Virus record (IMG/VR): IMGVR_UViG_3300011113_000652
Span: 6,906-70,905 of that record
Source: a virus
DNA length: 64,000 bases
Reading direction: 5' to 3' (one strand)
The notes under the pieces were generated by a model. It did not search any database. It was not told the origin of the DNA and worked only from the letters and a program-made list of their open reading frames with translations. A program made the position numbers and the translations under genes. Below are positions 1 through 10,327 of the stretch, one piece after another (positions within the stretch are counted from its first letter, which is position 1; every line of letters starts with the position of its first letter).

Positions 1-39
1 CCAAAGTGTAATAGACGACAACAAAAAGGTAAAATCTCA

Positions 40-942
40 ATGAAAATATTGGTAACCGGTGCCAGCGGCCTCCTAGGCACAGAAATCTGCCGCCAACTCA
101 AACAAGAAGATGGGCATGAAGTCTGGGCCGTGGACAATCACAGTCGTAGTAAAACAGTGCCCATGTGTGATAGATTTTTTGAACTGGATCTAACCAATTC
201 GGCCAGTTTTGCAAACATGCCCACAGATTTTGATTATATCTATCACTATGCAGCCATCAACGGCACCAAGAATTTCTATGAGCGGCCCAATGAAGTATTA
301 TGGACCAACATGGTCACCGACTTCAACATGTTTGAACTGGCGGCCCTGTGCGGCAAAAAACTACAAAAATTTGTGTATGCTTCCAGCAGTGAAGTGGTCA
401 GCGATGATCCACAGACACCAGTCAAAGAAAATTTAGATGTCACCATCCGGGGCATCCATAACCCACGCTGGAGTTATAGATTGCCCAAGATTTGTGCAGA
501 AAACTTTTTAAACAACTGCCAGTTTCCCTGGGTGATTTTCCGCTACTTCAATGTGTATGGAGACAACAGCAAGCCAGGACATTTTCTAGCAGATCAAATT
601 GAAAAAATACGCAATGGTGTGTTTGAAGTGGTTGGCCCTGAAGAAACCCGCAGTTTCTGTCATGTGGAAGATGCGGTGCGTGCCACCATACACATGAGCC
701 GTGCTGTGGAAAACAGCTTGCTGAACATTGGCAACGACCGTGAAATCACCATCATGGAGGCAGCCCAAACCATTGCCAAGTGCATGGGACATACGGATCC
801 AGTTTGGATGACCACGCCTGGCAAGGTCGGAAGCACGGCCACACGCAGACCCGATATCTCCAAACTAAAAAGTGTTTTGAAAGATTATCGTCCCAGGACT
901 TTTGAGCAAGGTGTCCAAGAAATCATTGACAAAATGAAGTGA
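40..942 (+). CDS. NAD-dependent epimerase/dehydratase (extended SDR)
   Basis: GASGLLG Rossmann motif, YASSSEV, YxxxK (YRLPK), RYFNVYG. Confidence 0.9.
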   Translation: MKILVTGASGLLGTEICRQLKQEDGHEVWAVDNHSRSKTVPMCDRFFELDLTNSASFANMPTDFDYIYHYAAINGTKNFYERPNEVLWTNMVTDFNMFELAALCGKKLQKFVYASSSEVVSDDPQTPVKENLDVTIRGIHNPRWSYRLPKICAENFLNNCQFPWVIFRYFNVYGDNSKPGHFLADQIEKIRNGVFEVVGPEETRSFCHVEDAVRATIHMSRAVENSLLNIGNDREITIMEAAQTIAKCMGHTDPVWMTTPGKVGSTATRRPDISKLKSVLKDYRPRTFEQGVQEIIDKMK

Positions 943-954
943 TTGCCGTATAAT
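926..954 (+). promoter_or_regulatory. sigma70-type promoter, probably giving a leaderless mRNA
   Basis: TTGACA-17nt-TATAAT; ATG at 960 follows 5 nt after the -10 box. Confidence 0.8.
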
Positions 955-959
955 AAAGT

Positions 960-1496
960 ATGAAAAAAATCTATCATACTTGGCAAGATGTTGAGCGTCA
1001 AGCACAGGAAATCCTGCGTCAAATTAATCTGGACCGATGGAGGCCCGACTATGTGGTTGGTCTCACCCGCGGTGGCTTGGTTCCGGCCAACTTAATCAGC
1101 CAATATCTCGGTTGCAGGATGGAAACACTCAAAGTTAGTCTGCGTGACGATACTGAATGTGAAAGTAACTGTTGGATGGCCGAAGATGCATTTGGTTATG
1201 GCGGCGATGATGGTAGCCAAGCTGAATCACTGAAAAAAAATATCTTGATCGTGGATGACATCAACGATTCGGGTGCTACATTAAACTGGATACGCAATGA
1301 TTGGATGAGCAGTTGTTTCAGCACCAGTCCAGTGTGGGATCACATCTGGGGTCACAATGTTCGTGTGGCAGTGCTGGTTGACAACGAATCAAGCAAGTCG
1401 GAAATTCCAGTCAGTTACAGTGCAGTTGATCTAAATAAAGCTGAAGAAGATTGTTGGATTGTTTTTCCTTGGGAAGATTGGTGGCAATCTAAATAA
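960..1496 (+). CDS. purine phosphoribosyltransferase family protein (Gpt-like)
   Basis: VGLTRGGLVPA, PRPP-binding LIVDDINDSGAT, C-terminal WIVFPWE. Confidence 0.85.
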   Translation: MKKIYHTWQDVERQAQEILRQINLDRWRPDYVVGLTRGGLVPANLISQYLGCRMETLKVSLRDDTECESNCWMAEDAFGYGGDDGSQAESLKKNILIVDDINDSGATLNWIRNDWMSSCFSTSPVWDHIWGHNVRVAVLVDNESSKSEIPVSYSAVDLNKAEEDCWIVFPWEDWWQSK

Positions 1497-1500
1497 GCAT

Positions 1501-1698
1501 ATGAAAATAAAATATCGTAAACCCACTTTAATAGAACAAATGACCGAAGCCATTGCAACGGCCAAACAACCCATAGACTATTTTGAGCTCTCGCAAACAG
1601 AATTTCAATCAGTGTTTAATAATTTGGATAAAACCAATTCCAAAAACACAGTCGCATATTCATACAAAGGTATCGCTATAAAGGTCGCAGATGAGTAA
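1501..1698 (+). CDS. hypothetical protein
   Basis: ATG 5 nt after TAAATA; overlaps the queE start. Confidence 0.6.
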   Translation: MKIKYRKPTLIEQMTEAIATAKQPIDYFELSQTEFQSVFNNLDKTNSKNTVAYSYKGIAIKVADE

Positions 1699-2560
1699 AA
1701 TAAAAGTTTCAGAAGTATTCTACAGCCTGCAAGGTGAAGGTCGCTTTGTGGGTGTTCCCAGTGTGTTCTTGAGAACCTATGGTTGCAACTTTACCTGTGC
1801 AGGATTTGGATGCAAGCCAGGCGAAAAGAGCACAGGTGCCGACGACGTGGCTGAAGTAGTGCATTTGTACAACCGATTTGAAGAACTGCCCTTGGTGGAA
1901 ACCGGTTGTGACAGTTATGCGAGTTGGCATCCGGCATTCAAACACTTGAGCCCCACACAGACCACAGAAGAACTGGTAGAACGCATGTTGGCACTGACCC
2001 CCAACAACATGTGGCAACAGAACAATGGCAACGACGTGCATCTTGTGATCACTGGTGGCGAGCCTTTGCTGGGTTGGCAACGTGCCTATGCAGACCTGCT
2101 CAGCCACGATCGTATGCGTGACTTAAAGAATATCACATTCGAGACCAATGGTACACAAAAATTACATGATGATTTTAAACAATATCTAATAGATAATTTT
2201 TGGACCTATGGGTGTCAAGGTAAAGAAGTAACTTTCAGCGTCAGTGCCAAACTCAGTGCGAGTGGCGAGTCTTGGGAAGATGCTATCTGTCCTGATATTG
2301 TAGCTGATTATCAGAGCTTTGGAAAAACCTATCTTAAATTTGTTGTGGAATCCGATGAGCACATTGAAGAAGCCATACGTGCCACAGATGCATATCGTCG
2401 TGCAGGATTTCAGGGTGTAATTTACCTGATGCCACAGGGTGGTGTGGTTGAACCCTACGATAAAAATAAAAAACGCATAGCAGACATCTGTTGTGCGCAG
2501 GGCTGGAACTACAGTCCTAGATTGCATGTAGACTTATGGGGCAACGGATGGGGAAAATAA
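1691..2560 (+). CDS. queE: 7-carboxy-7-deazaguanine synthase (radical SAM)
   Basis: EVFYSLQGEG, FLRTYGCNFTC, ITGGEPL, ETNG, C-terminal PRLH. Confidence 0.88.
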   Translation: MSKIKVSEVFYSLQGEGRFVGVPSVFLRTYGCNFTCAGFGCKPGEKSTGADDVAEVVHLYNRFEELPLVETGCDSYASWHPAFKHLSPTQTTEELVERMLALTPNNMWQQNNGNDVHLVITGGEPLLGWQRAYADLLSHDRMRDLKNITFETNGTQKLHDDFKQYLIDNFWTYGCQGKEVTFSVSAKLSASGESWEDAICPDIVADYQSFGKTYLKFVVESDEHIEEAIRATDAYRRAGFQGVIYLMPQGGVVEPYDKNKKRIADICCAQGWNYSPRLHVDLWGNGWGK

Positions 2561-3795
2561 AAGTTGGATTCGTTGGACTAGGCAAATTAGGCCTGGACTG
2601 TGCAGAAGTATTTGCAGAACATTATGAGGTTCGTGGATATGATCCGGCACCAAGAACCAGTGAGTCAATAAAAGTTTGCGATATACAAGAAGTTATCCAG
2701 GATTCTGACTGGATATTTATTGCAGTCCCTACACCTCATGCTGAAGGGTATGATGGATCTATCCCGAGCAGTCACATGGAACCTCGAGATTTTGGACGCG
2801 AAGCAGTGATAGATGCCATTACAAAAGTCAATCATTATGCAACTACAAGCAAAAAGGTTGTGTTGATCAGCACAGTGTTACCAGGTACCACAAGAAAACA
2901 TTTTGTGACCAGTCTCAATAATCAACATCAGTTTTTGTATAATCCGTATTTGATTGCCATGGGTAGTGTAAAGTGGGACATGGTCAATCCAGAAATGATC
3001 ATGATTGGCACCGAGGACGGCAATCCCAATGCGCTGGCACAAGAACTTATTGATCTGTATCAACCTATGATGCAAAACAATCCCAGATACGAAATAGGAA
3101 CCTGGGATGAGTGTGAAGCTATCAAGATATTTTACAACACGTTTATCAGTGCCAAGGTTGGCCTGGCCAATATGATTCAGGACTTTGCCATGCGTATAGG
3201 CAACATCAATGTGGATGTTGTGACCACGGCCTTGGCACGTAGTACCCAGCGTATCATGGGACCCAAGTATATGACCGCAGGCATGGGTGATGCAGGTGCT
3301 TGCCATCCTCGAGACAACATAGCCTTGCGTTGGTTGGCCGAAGAATATGACATCGGCTATGACATGTTTGACACAATCATGCAGGCCCGGGAACTGCAGG
3401 CCCGCAATCTTGCTCGATTCTTGATCGACCAGGCCAATCTCTACAATTTGCCCATAGTCATACATGGCAAGGCCTACAAACCCGATGTGCCATACTGCAT
3501 CGGTAGCTACTCAACTCTGGTAGGTTACTATGTTCGCGAACATGGCCTGCCTGTAGTTTACGTTGACCCCTTGGCCGATGATCGAGATCGTTGCTTGGAT
3601 ACCATAGATGGTCCAGCGGTATTTTTATGGGCACACAATCGCAAAATTACCTATGACTACACTGGTACACAGGAAGACACTAAACCCTACTGTGAGATAC
3701 ATCATGGCAGTGTGATCGTGGATCCTTGGCGCAGTGTACCCTTGGACTTGCCCGGAGTTACTGTCATGCATTTTGGTAATAGTCGACGCAAATGA
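2548..3795 (+). CDS. UDP-glucose/GDP-mannose dehydrogenase family protein
   Basis: GLGKLG, IAVPTP, STVLPGT, KIFYNTF, catalytic GACHPRD, AYKP. Confidence 0.88.
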   Translation: MGKIKVGFVGLGKLGLDCAEVFAEHYEVRGYDPAPRTSESIKVCDIQEVIQDSDWIFIAVPTPHAEGYDGSIPSSHMEPRDFGREAVIDAITKVNHYATTSKKVVLISTVLPGTTRKHFVTSLNNQHQFLYNPYLIAMGSVKWDMVNPEMIMIGTEDGNPNALAQELIDLYQPMMQNNPRYEIGTWDECEAIKIFYNTFISAKVGLANMIQDFAMRIGNINVDVVTTALARSTQRIMGPKYMTAGMGDAGACHPRDNIALRWLAEEYDIGYDMFDTIMQARELQARNLARFLIDQANLYNLPIVIHGKAYKPDVPYCIGSYSTLVGYYVREHGLPVVYVDPLADDRDRCLDTIDGPAVFLWAHNRKITYDYTGTQEDTKPYCEIHHGSVIVDPWRSVPLDLPGVTVMHFGNSRRK

Positions 3796-4028
3796 GTCCG
3801 ATACCCGAACGCTTGGGCCGACCCAATGGATCATTTTATATAAATGCAGAGTGGACTTTGCGTCGGATCATATGGCCACAACGCTGTGAGATCACCGGGC
3901 GTAAATTATGGCCAGGCACCCAGGCGTATTGTGGGCGTGTAGTCTGGCACGATGGGCCTGGCACCCCTGTAGTAGAATGCAAATGGCATGATCGCCAGGA
4001 ACATTTAATGTGGCAACTTAAGGAGTAA
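3792..4028 (+). CDS. hypothetical protein
   Basis: ATGA overlap with the upstream stop. Confidence 0.6.
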   Translation: MSPIPERLGRPNGSFYINAEWTLRRIIWPQRCEITGRKLWPGTQAYCGRVVWHDGPGTPVVECKWHDRQEHLMWQLKE

Positions 4029-4030
4029 TA

Positions 4031-4423
4031 ATGAAATTTTTTGACAAAATAAAAAAACGCTTTGGAAAAAAATCTGCCAAAGAAGCCGCACAACCTCGTG
4101 CGCCGCGGGTGGAGAAATCTGCCAAGGACCTGGCCACGGAACGTGGCGAACCTTATGTGGCCATGCTTGGCATGGAAGTAGATCCAGAAAATCTGCATCA
4201 AGGCAGTTTTGAACTGGACTGGAACGAAAAATTTGTGGCCAACTTGGTGCGTGCTGGATATCAGATGCGTCCCGATGACACTGACAACGACATTGTAGAT
4301 CGCTGGTTCCAGGCCGTGTGCCGCAACGTGGTCTTAGAAACCTGGGAACAGGAACAGGCTATGAATCCAAACCGGGTGGTCAAAAGTCGTGATATAGGTG
4401 ATGGTAGATCCGAAGTGTCATGA
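4031..4423 (+). CDS. hypothetical phage protein
   Basis: AGGAG RBS; FELDWN motif; operon-like packing. Confidence 0.7.
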   Translation: MKFFDKIKKRFGKKSAKEAAQPRAPRVEKSAKDLATERGEPYVAMLGMEVDPENLHQGSFELDWNEKFVANLVRAGYQMRPDDTDNDIVDRWFQAVCRNVVLETWEQEQAMNPNRVVKSRDIGDGRSEVS

Positions 4424-5055
4424 TCTTGTATGTAAATGGCGACAGCAATAGTACCGGTGCCGAGACTGCTGATGTTACACAATCTTGGCCCAAATTGTTG
4501 GCCAAGAAATTAAATCTGCGTTTGATCAATGAGGCCAAAAATGGCGGCAGTAATCCTAGGATTTTAAGAACCATTGACAATTTTATTGCACACTCAAATC
4601 ACCGAGATATATTTGTGATCATTGGGTGGACCAGTTGGGAACGAGAAGAATGGCAGTTAGGTGCTGATTATTATGATGTCAATGCCGGAGGACACGATGT
4701 CTTGCCAGTAGAACTAAAAGAAAAATACAAAATTTGGGTAACAACTCAAAATGAGAAAGCACGGCAGATCAAGAGTCAACTCACACACGACTATATACAC
4801 AAACTACATCGGCATTACAAAGAAAAAGGTATATCACATTTGTTTTTTAACGCACTCATGCCATTTTTACATTCAGGAAAACAGTATGACTGGCACAAGA
4901 ACTTTCTTGGACCATATGAAAATGATTTGAGTTATTATTGGTATTTGAAAAAAGCCGGGTACAACCCAACAGTTAATAATCACTACACCGAAACAGCACA
5001 ATCAGTCTGGGCCGAAGTGTTGTACAATTATATTCAAGAAAATCAATTATTATGA
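4420..5055 (+). CDS. SGNH/GDSL-like hydrolase-fold protein
   Basis: NGDS, GGSNxRIxR, C-terminal NHY. Confidence 0.7.
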   Translation: MILYVNGDSNSTGAETADVTQSWPKLLAKKLNLRLINEAKNGGSNPRILRTIDNFIAHSNHRDIFVIIGWTSWEREEWQLGADYYDVNAGGHDVLPVELKEKYKIWVTTQNEKARQIKSQLTHDYIHKLHRHYKEKGISHLFFNALMPFLHSGKQYDWHKNFLGPYENDLSYYWYLKKAGYNPTVNNHYTETAQSVWAEVLYNYIQENQLL

Positions 5056-5753
5056 TTTTATATGTCAACGGCGACAGCCACACCGCAGCAGCCGAAGCTG
5101 TTAACTCCTGCGCATTTGCCGAAGACGATCCAGCACTGACACAATTAGGTAGGACCCCACATCCGGTTAATTTAGCAGTCAGCTGGGGTCGGTTGCTCAG
5201 CCTCACACTCAAGGCCGGATTCCACTGTGCGGCCGAAAGCGCCAGTTCAAATTCTCGTATTCTTCGAACCACTCGGGACTGGTTGCGTCAACAGCGCGGT
5301 CTCGACGATGTTCTGCTAATCATACAATGGAGCACCTGGGAGCGTGAAGAGTGGTTGTATGAAAAGACCTGGTATCAAGTGGGTGCCAGTGGCACTGACA
5401 GTGTGCCCGCAGAGGCAGCAGAGAGATATCGCAACTATATAATGGGTGTAGATTGGCAACAAAAAACCCAAGAAGCACACCGTGAAATTTGGGATTTTCA
5501 TCTCGAGCTAGAACAACAAAATATCAAGCATGTTTTCTTCAATGGCAACAATGATTTTTCACAGATAACCGATCACCATGATTGGGGACACAATTACATT
5601 GGTCCATACGATCCCAAACAAACCTATAATTCCATTATCAGGGCACAAGGTATTGACACAGTTGCGCCCAATTCATGGCATTTTGGCAAGGACGGGCATA
5701 GCTATTTTCACCGTTTTATGTTACAATATATTATTGCAAACAAATTCATCTAA
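5052..5753 (+). CDS. SGNH/GDSL-like hydrolase-fold protein (tandem paralogue)
   Basis: same MILYVNGDS start, SSNxRIxR, QWSTWERE, WHFxxxGH. Confidence 0.7.
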   Translation: MILYVNGDSHTAAAEAVNSCAFAEDDPALTQLGRTPHPVNLAVSWGRLLSLTLKAGFHCAAESASSNSRILRTTRDWLRQQRGLDDVLLIIQWSTWEREEWLYEKTWYQVGASGTDSVPAEAAERYRNYIMGVDWQQKTQEAHREIWDFHLELEQQNIKHVFFNGNNDFSQITDHHDWGHNYIGPYDPKQTYNSIIRAQGIDTVAPNSWHFGKDGHSYFHRFMLQYIIANKFI

Positions 5754-5762
5754 GGTGGTGCT

Positions 5763-6770
5763 ATGCGGTATGTGCTGATTGACACAGCAAACATGTTCTT
5801 CCGTGCTCGACACGGTGCTTTTAGAGCCAGTGATACCTGGGAAAAAGTGGGCTTTGCCCTGCACGTCACGCTGATGGCTGCCAACAAAATGGCCCGGCGC
5901 TTTGAAGCTGATCACATGGTGTTTGCCCTGGAAGGACGATCGTGGCGCAAGGACATGTACAAACCCTACAAAAATAACCGTGCCGTAGCCCGTCAAGCAC
6001 TCACAGAGGCGGAAGTCGAAGAAGACAAAATGTTCTGGGAAACCTATGATGCTTTGACTAAATACTTGAGTGAGAAAACCAACTGTAGCGTGATTCGTTG
6101 TGCTACAGCCGAAGGCGACGACGTCATAGCTCGCTGGATCGCACTACATCCCCAAGACGAACATGTCATAGTCAGCAGTGACACTGACTTTGTTCAGTTG
6201 GTAGCACCCAACGTCAAACAGTACAACGGAATCACCGACGAGTTAATTACAGTAGAAGGAATCTTTGATGCCAAAGGCAAAGCGGTTATCGATAAGAAAA
6301 CTAAAGAACCTAAGTCAACGCCGAACCCCCAATGGCTACTCTTTGAAAAGTGTATGCGAGGAGATAGCTCGGATAATGTCTTCTCAGCGTATCCCGGTGT
6401 CAGAACTAAGGGCACTAAGAACAAAGTTGGACTCCAGGAAGCGTTTGAAGACAAAGACAAAAAAGGTTACAACTGGAACAACATGATGTTGCAACGCTGG
6501 ATGGATCCAGATGGTGTGGAACATCGTGTGTTGGACGACTATGAACGCAACAGAACCTTGATCGATCTCACAGCTCAACCCGAAGACATCAAGGCCACTG
6601 TGGATGCGGCCATACGTGAACAGATCAGCCACAAGGATGTGGGCCAAGTGGGTGTGAGATTCATGCAGTTCTGTGGCAAATATGAACTAAACAAATGTTC
6701 GGAATCAGCCGACAGCTTTGGTCGCTGGATGAATCAAACCTACAAAGGAGTATTGAATGCTAGTAGCTAA
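5763..6770 (+). CDS. rnh: T4-type RNase H / 5'-3' exonuclease
   Basis: LIDTAN, SWRK, YKxNR, EGDD, SSDTDFVQL, GDSSDNV. Confidence 0.88.
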   Translation: MRYVLIDTANMFFRARHGAFRASDTWEKVGFALHVTLMAANKMARRFEADHMVFALEGRSWRKDMYKPYKNNRAVARQALTEAEVEEDKMFWETYDALTKYLSEKTNCSVIRCATAEGDDVIARWIALHPQDEHVIVSSDTDFVQLVAPNVKQYNGITDELITVEGIFDAKGKAVIDKKTKEPKSTPNPQWLLFEKCMRGDSSDNVFSAYPGVRTKGTKNKVGLQEAFEDKDKKGYNWNNMMLQRWMDPDGVEHRVLDDYERNRTLIDLTAQPEDIKATVDAAIREQISHKDVGQVGVRFMQFCGKYELNKCSESADSFGRWMNQTYKGVLNASS

Positions 6771-7221
6771 ACCCGTGATAGACAAACAGTTTTGGATCTT
6801 GCAAGAAAACGATCGCAAGGTCGGCAATGTGGAAGCCTGTGCCGGAGGATATCAAGTTCGGCTCAACAATCAAGTGGCGCAATTTAAAACTATTAAGATG
6901 GCAGCTCAACGAATCAACATACAGTTTGAATCTGCTGTAAAATTATCCAAACCCAAATCCAACATGGACCAGGTGCATGGATATCCAGTCAGCGGTCGAG
7001 TTTACAATCCCATGTGGGATGTCACTCAGCAGTTGCCAGTGTATACCAAGACAGCCAAAAGCAAGAGTTGGTTTGCCGCTGGATGGTATCGTGTGCGCCG
7101 AGGTCGTACATGGACCACGATGTTGGCACCCAAGTTGATCATGCTACAACGATATGCACACGCAGGACCATTCTTGACCCAGGAGGCAGCCGATGACCAT
7201 GCACATACACAAATTCGTTGA
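6757..7221 (+). CDS. hypothetical phage protein
   Basis: AGGAG RBS; overlaps the rnh stop. Confidence 0.7.
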   Translation: MLVAKPVIDKQFWILQENDRKVGNVEACAGGYQVRLNNQVAQFKTIKMAAQRINIQFESAVKLSKPKSNMDQVHGYPVSGRVYNPMWDVTQQLPVYTKTAKSKSWFAAGWYRVRRGRTWTTMLAPKLIMLQRYAHAGPFLTQEAADDHAHTQIR

Positions 7222-7402
7222 TCGTGTGCGTGGACACGAAGCTCGTGGTGCCAGAGACTTTGTGATGACCATGAACGAAGCCCGAGATCTGCATGCCGAC
7301 ATCACGCGACTGCTGATCAGTCTACAAACACTGCAAGAACAGGCAACAAAAACCAACAACAACGAGGTGGTAGAGGTGGAAATGCAAGGCGGCCAGTTCT
7401 AA
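7193..7402 (+). CDS. hypothetical phage protein
   Basis: AGGAGG RBS. Confidence 0.65.
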   Translation: MTMHIHKFVDRVRGHEARGARDFVMTMNEARDLHADITRLLISLQTLQEQATKTNNNEVVEVEMQGGQF

Positions 7403-7445
7403 AATATACCTATATTTTGCCATAAATAAATGTAGGAGTTTATTG

Positions 7446-7733
7446 ATGAGCCGACCCAAACCCACAGTACTGATCGAAGTAACAAACAAGAGCACCTACA
7501 AGACTGAGCAAGTGTTGGCCTCAGAAGGTGTATGGGCCGTGTTCTACGATTCGAAACCCATCAATCTCAAAACTTCCAATCTCTTGGTTCAGTATCCTGG
7601 GCCCAAATACAAAAAAGTAAGTTTTTCAAATCCCGGTCATGCTAGAAATCTAGCCAAGAAACTCAACACACAATTCAAAACTGATCGGTTCACAGTGGTA
7701 TTGCTTCGTGCCGGTGACCAGGTATATCCGTGA
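7446..7733 (+). CDS. hypothetical phage protein
   Basis: CATAAATA motif and AGGAG RBS upstream. Confidence 0.7.
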   Translation: MSRPKPTVLIEVTNKSTYKTEQVLASEGVWAVFYDSKPINLKTSNLLVQYPGPKYKKVSFSNPGHARNLAKKLNTQFKTDRFTVVLLRAGDQVYP

Positions 7734-7734
7734 A

Positions 7735-8106
7735 GTGCGAGACAAAAGAAAACTCACCGAAGAACTGGTCAAGCAATTAGATCCAGACCTGGGCATCACA
7801 GTCAAACGGGCCATGCACACCTGGTGGTTCAACATAAGAAAGAACGGTGGCATGAGATTGACTGGACCCGGTTACTCAGTGTTCACAGAACAATTGGATC
7901 TGGCACGCTATGAGTGGCCAATACAGGATCCACATCAATTCAATCAACATGTGATATTAGATCTGGATAGAAAAATGCAGATGCCCTACTATATTTCAGC
8001 CACCAAAGGCATACCCAAAAAGATTGTGTTTTTTGGCAGCCAGGAAGCTGTCATGGTCAATCTGTATGGCAACCTACAACAATTTCTTGACAACTATCGC
8101 TCATGA
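7735..8106 (+). CDS. hypothetical phage protein
   Basis: GTG start just after the upstream stop. Confidence 0.65.
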   Translation: MRDKRKLTEELVKQLDPDLGITVKRAMHTWWFNIRKNGGMRLTGPGYSVFTEQLDLARYEWPIQDPHQFNQHVILDLDRKMQMPYYISATKGIPKKIVFFGSQEAVMVNLYGNLQQFLDNYRS

Positions 8107-9191
8107 TTTTAATTTATACCGACAGTGAAGTCATTGACCGTGAATGGATCCCGTACCTGGGCCTTGACAACTTCACAATCACACACAGTCTGGCAGAATA
8201 CTTTGCCAATCCTGCCACACACAAATTGGCATTTACAGCCCATAGGATGCATTTGAGCTATGATGACAACCCTCGGGTCTACGATAGTTTTGAACACAAG
8301 GTTCGGCAACTCGGTCAGCACAGTGACTTGGTATTTTGCATAGAAAGTGAACTACATAACTATCATTGGGCCATGTATGATCAGTGCCATGCCTCCAATG
8401 TTTATTGGTGCCAACCAGGTCTGGTCAATGATCGATCGGACATGGCTCCACACGTCATATTCTGGGGTGATTGGTTCAAGACCACAACCGCAGTGTACAA
8501 ACACTTGCCTGACATACTGGCTGACCTGAAGCCCTTTGATGTCAAATCCCAAAGTTTTGATGCCTTGCTAGGAAGCCCTAAACCACACCGTGATTTTGTG
8601 GCCAAGGCTACTGAACACAACGAGCTTCACGATCAAATTACATTGACCTATGGTGGCGCCTGGAAAGACACAGAATTTTATGCCAAAGATTATTTTGTAT
8701 GGGAACCCAACTGTGTGCCCCAACAAGACATAATAGGCACAGCTGATTGGGTTAGCTATCACGGACACCAATGTCATCTCAGCCAGGTCATACCCATGCA
8801 AGTATACAACAACACTGCCTATACCATCATAGCCGAAACTGATTGCGACAACACCCTGAGTTTTTACAGTGAAAAAACCGCCAAGGCATTTATTGCCCGT
8901 AGACTGTTTGTGGCATTTTCAGGCTACAAGTTCCTGGCGAACTTGCATCAATTGGGGTTCCAAACTTTTGATAGCGTGATAGATGAAAGTTATGATCTGG
9001 AACCTGATTTTGACACCCGCATGGTCCTGGCATTTGAACAGGTCAGGCGTTTGTGTCAATTACCTCAACAGGAAATTTTGACAAAGATTCAACCCATAGT
9101 TGAACACAATCACAACTTGATCATGCACACGGATTGGACCCGATTGGCTGTGGATCAAATCCGGGCTAGGATCCATTCAAGGCTTGGCTGA
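8103..9191 (+). CDS. glycosyltransferase-like protein (ET..(T/S)EK..K family, resembles the GT10 C-terminal domain)
   Basis: AET..FYSEKTAKAF..LGFQTF..IDESYD. Confidence 0.6.
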   Translation: MILIYTDSEVIDREWIPYLGLDNFTITHSLAEYFANPATHKLAFTAHRMHLSYDDNPRVYDSFEHKVRQLGQHSDLVFCIESELHNYHWAMYDQCHASNVYWCQPGLVNDRSDMAPHVIFWGDWFKTTTAVYKHLPDILADLKPFDVKSQSFDALLGSPKPHRDFVAKATEHNELHDQITLTYGGAWKDTEFYAKDYFVWEPNCVPQQDIIGTADWVSYHGHQCHLSQVIPMQVYNNTAYTIIAETDCDNTLSFYSEKTAKAFIARRLFVAFSGYKFLANLHQLGFQTFDSVIDESYDLEPDFDTRMVLAFEQVRRLCQLPQQEILTKIQPIVEHNHNLIMHTDWTRLAVDQIRARIHSRLG

Positions 9192-9927
9192 CTATGTGTG
9201 CCCAGGCCCGATTGGTTTCGGCTCCTGGATGGAATCGATCACCATTGTAATCATCAGCAGCCCGGGCCATTTCATAGATGCCATTGCGCTGTGTATCGGT
9301 AAAAATCCATCGAGACCAGTCTATGCCACTGATCAGCGGCTTTAGTTCTGGATATTTCAGCACTCCAAAATCCCCGTTGGGACTGCAATGTTCTTGATCA
9401 TGCCAGTAGTTCACATAACTCATGAAGTGATAGGATATGCCTTGGGCTTTGAGAAAATTCTGGGTTTTGACAATTTCTATAAGATTGTTGTGAGCCAGAC
9501 TGAGATTTGAGCTAACACGATACATGGGCTTGAACAAGTCTGTGACATCCGAATTCAAGGTCCACGGACCAAGAAAACCGCCACTGAAAACATAGCCCAA
9601 GGTGTTAGGACATGACTCAACCCGTCGATAAAACCCATATCTATCAAACAGTGCATGCCAGCTGGGCTCGCTGATGTCAGTCAAAAAATCTAACCTGCTG
9701 ACGCCAGACCACATGACCAGCACATGATCTGTTGTGCCAGGATTTTGTAACACGTGTCTGACCACACTGTTGGCTATGTACAGGTTGCCTGCTCCGGGTT
9801 CGGCTAGATTGGTAATTTCCAAGTCTGGGCGAAGTTGTTGTAATGGAGTGGGCCAACACACATTATTTGGACTGCCTGGATGTTCAGGCCAATGTGTAAA
9901 ACTGCAACCGGATATTAACATGCGCAT
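9166..9927 (-). CDS. SGNH/GDSL-like hydrolase-fold protein
   Basis: SGCSFT, NLAEPGAGN, MWSGVSR, DRFHPG. Confidence 0.7.
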   Translation of the reverse strand: MRMLISGCSFTHWPEHPGSPNNVCWPTPLQQLRPDLEITNLAEPGAGNLYIANSVVRHVLQNPGTTDHVLVMWSGVSRLDFLTDISEPSWHALFDRYGFYRRVESCPNTLGYVFSGGFLGPWTLNSDVTDLFKPMYRVSSNLSLAHNNLIEIVKTQNFLKAQGISYHFMSYVNYWHDQEHCSPNGDFGVLKYPELKPLISGIDWSRWIFTDTQRNGIYEMARAADDYNGDRFHPGAETNRAWAHIVSQALNGS

Positions 9928-9940
9928 GGTGAGATATTTA

Positions 9941-9969
9941 TTGACAAAATTAGAGCATGATGTTAAACT
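9941..9969 (+). promoter_or_regulatory. sigma70-type promoter for the tRNA
   Basis: TTGACA-17nt-TAAACT, 8 nt before the tRNA. Confidence 0.7.
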
Positions 9970-9977
9970 GTAAATCA

Positions 9978-10052
9978 GGGCCTTTAGCTTAATGGTAAAG
10001 CAATCGACTCATAATCGATGGAGTGAAAGTTCAATTCTTTCAAGGCCCACCA
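9978..10052 (+). tRNA. tRNA-Ile2(CAT), lysidine type (Met not excluded)
   Basis: GGGCCTT/AAGGCCC acceptor, ATCGA-CTCATAA-TCGAT anticodon arm resembling bacterial Ile2, CCA encoded. Confidence 0.85.
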
Positions 10053-10068
10053 ACTAAATATCTGCACC

Positions 10069-10242
10069 ATGGAACAACACAAAAAATCTCCAGTAAACAG
10101 CTACTACTACTCTGAAGACGAGTGGAACCGGCTGGGTTGTGGCCCGTTGCCACCCGAGCGTGATCGTGCCCGGCAACTAGAAAATGTAGCAGCAAAAGGC
10201 AATCCCAAGATTGACGGTAAAAACATAAAAGGTTACAATTAA
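10069..10242 (+). CDS. 57-aa hypothetical protein
   Basis: hand-translated MEQHKKSPVNSYYYSEDEW..KGYN; TAAATA 8 nt upstream. Confidence 0.6.
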   Translation: MEQHKKSPVNSYYYSEDEWNRLGCGPLPPERDRARQLENVAAKGNPKIDGKNIKGYN

Positions 10243-10243
10243 C

Positions 10244-10327
10244 ATGTGGTTGATATTTTTTGCATTCATGGCCATAGTTATTTGTTATGGTATCATGTGG
10301 ATCAACGAACATCAGGACGAACAATGA
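10244..10327 (+). CDS. 27-aa single-TM microprotein
   Basis: MWLIFFAFMAIVICYGIMWINEHQDEQ; starts 1 nt after the previous stop. Confidence 0.5.
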   Translation: MWLIFFAFMAIVICYGIMWINEHQDEQ

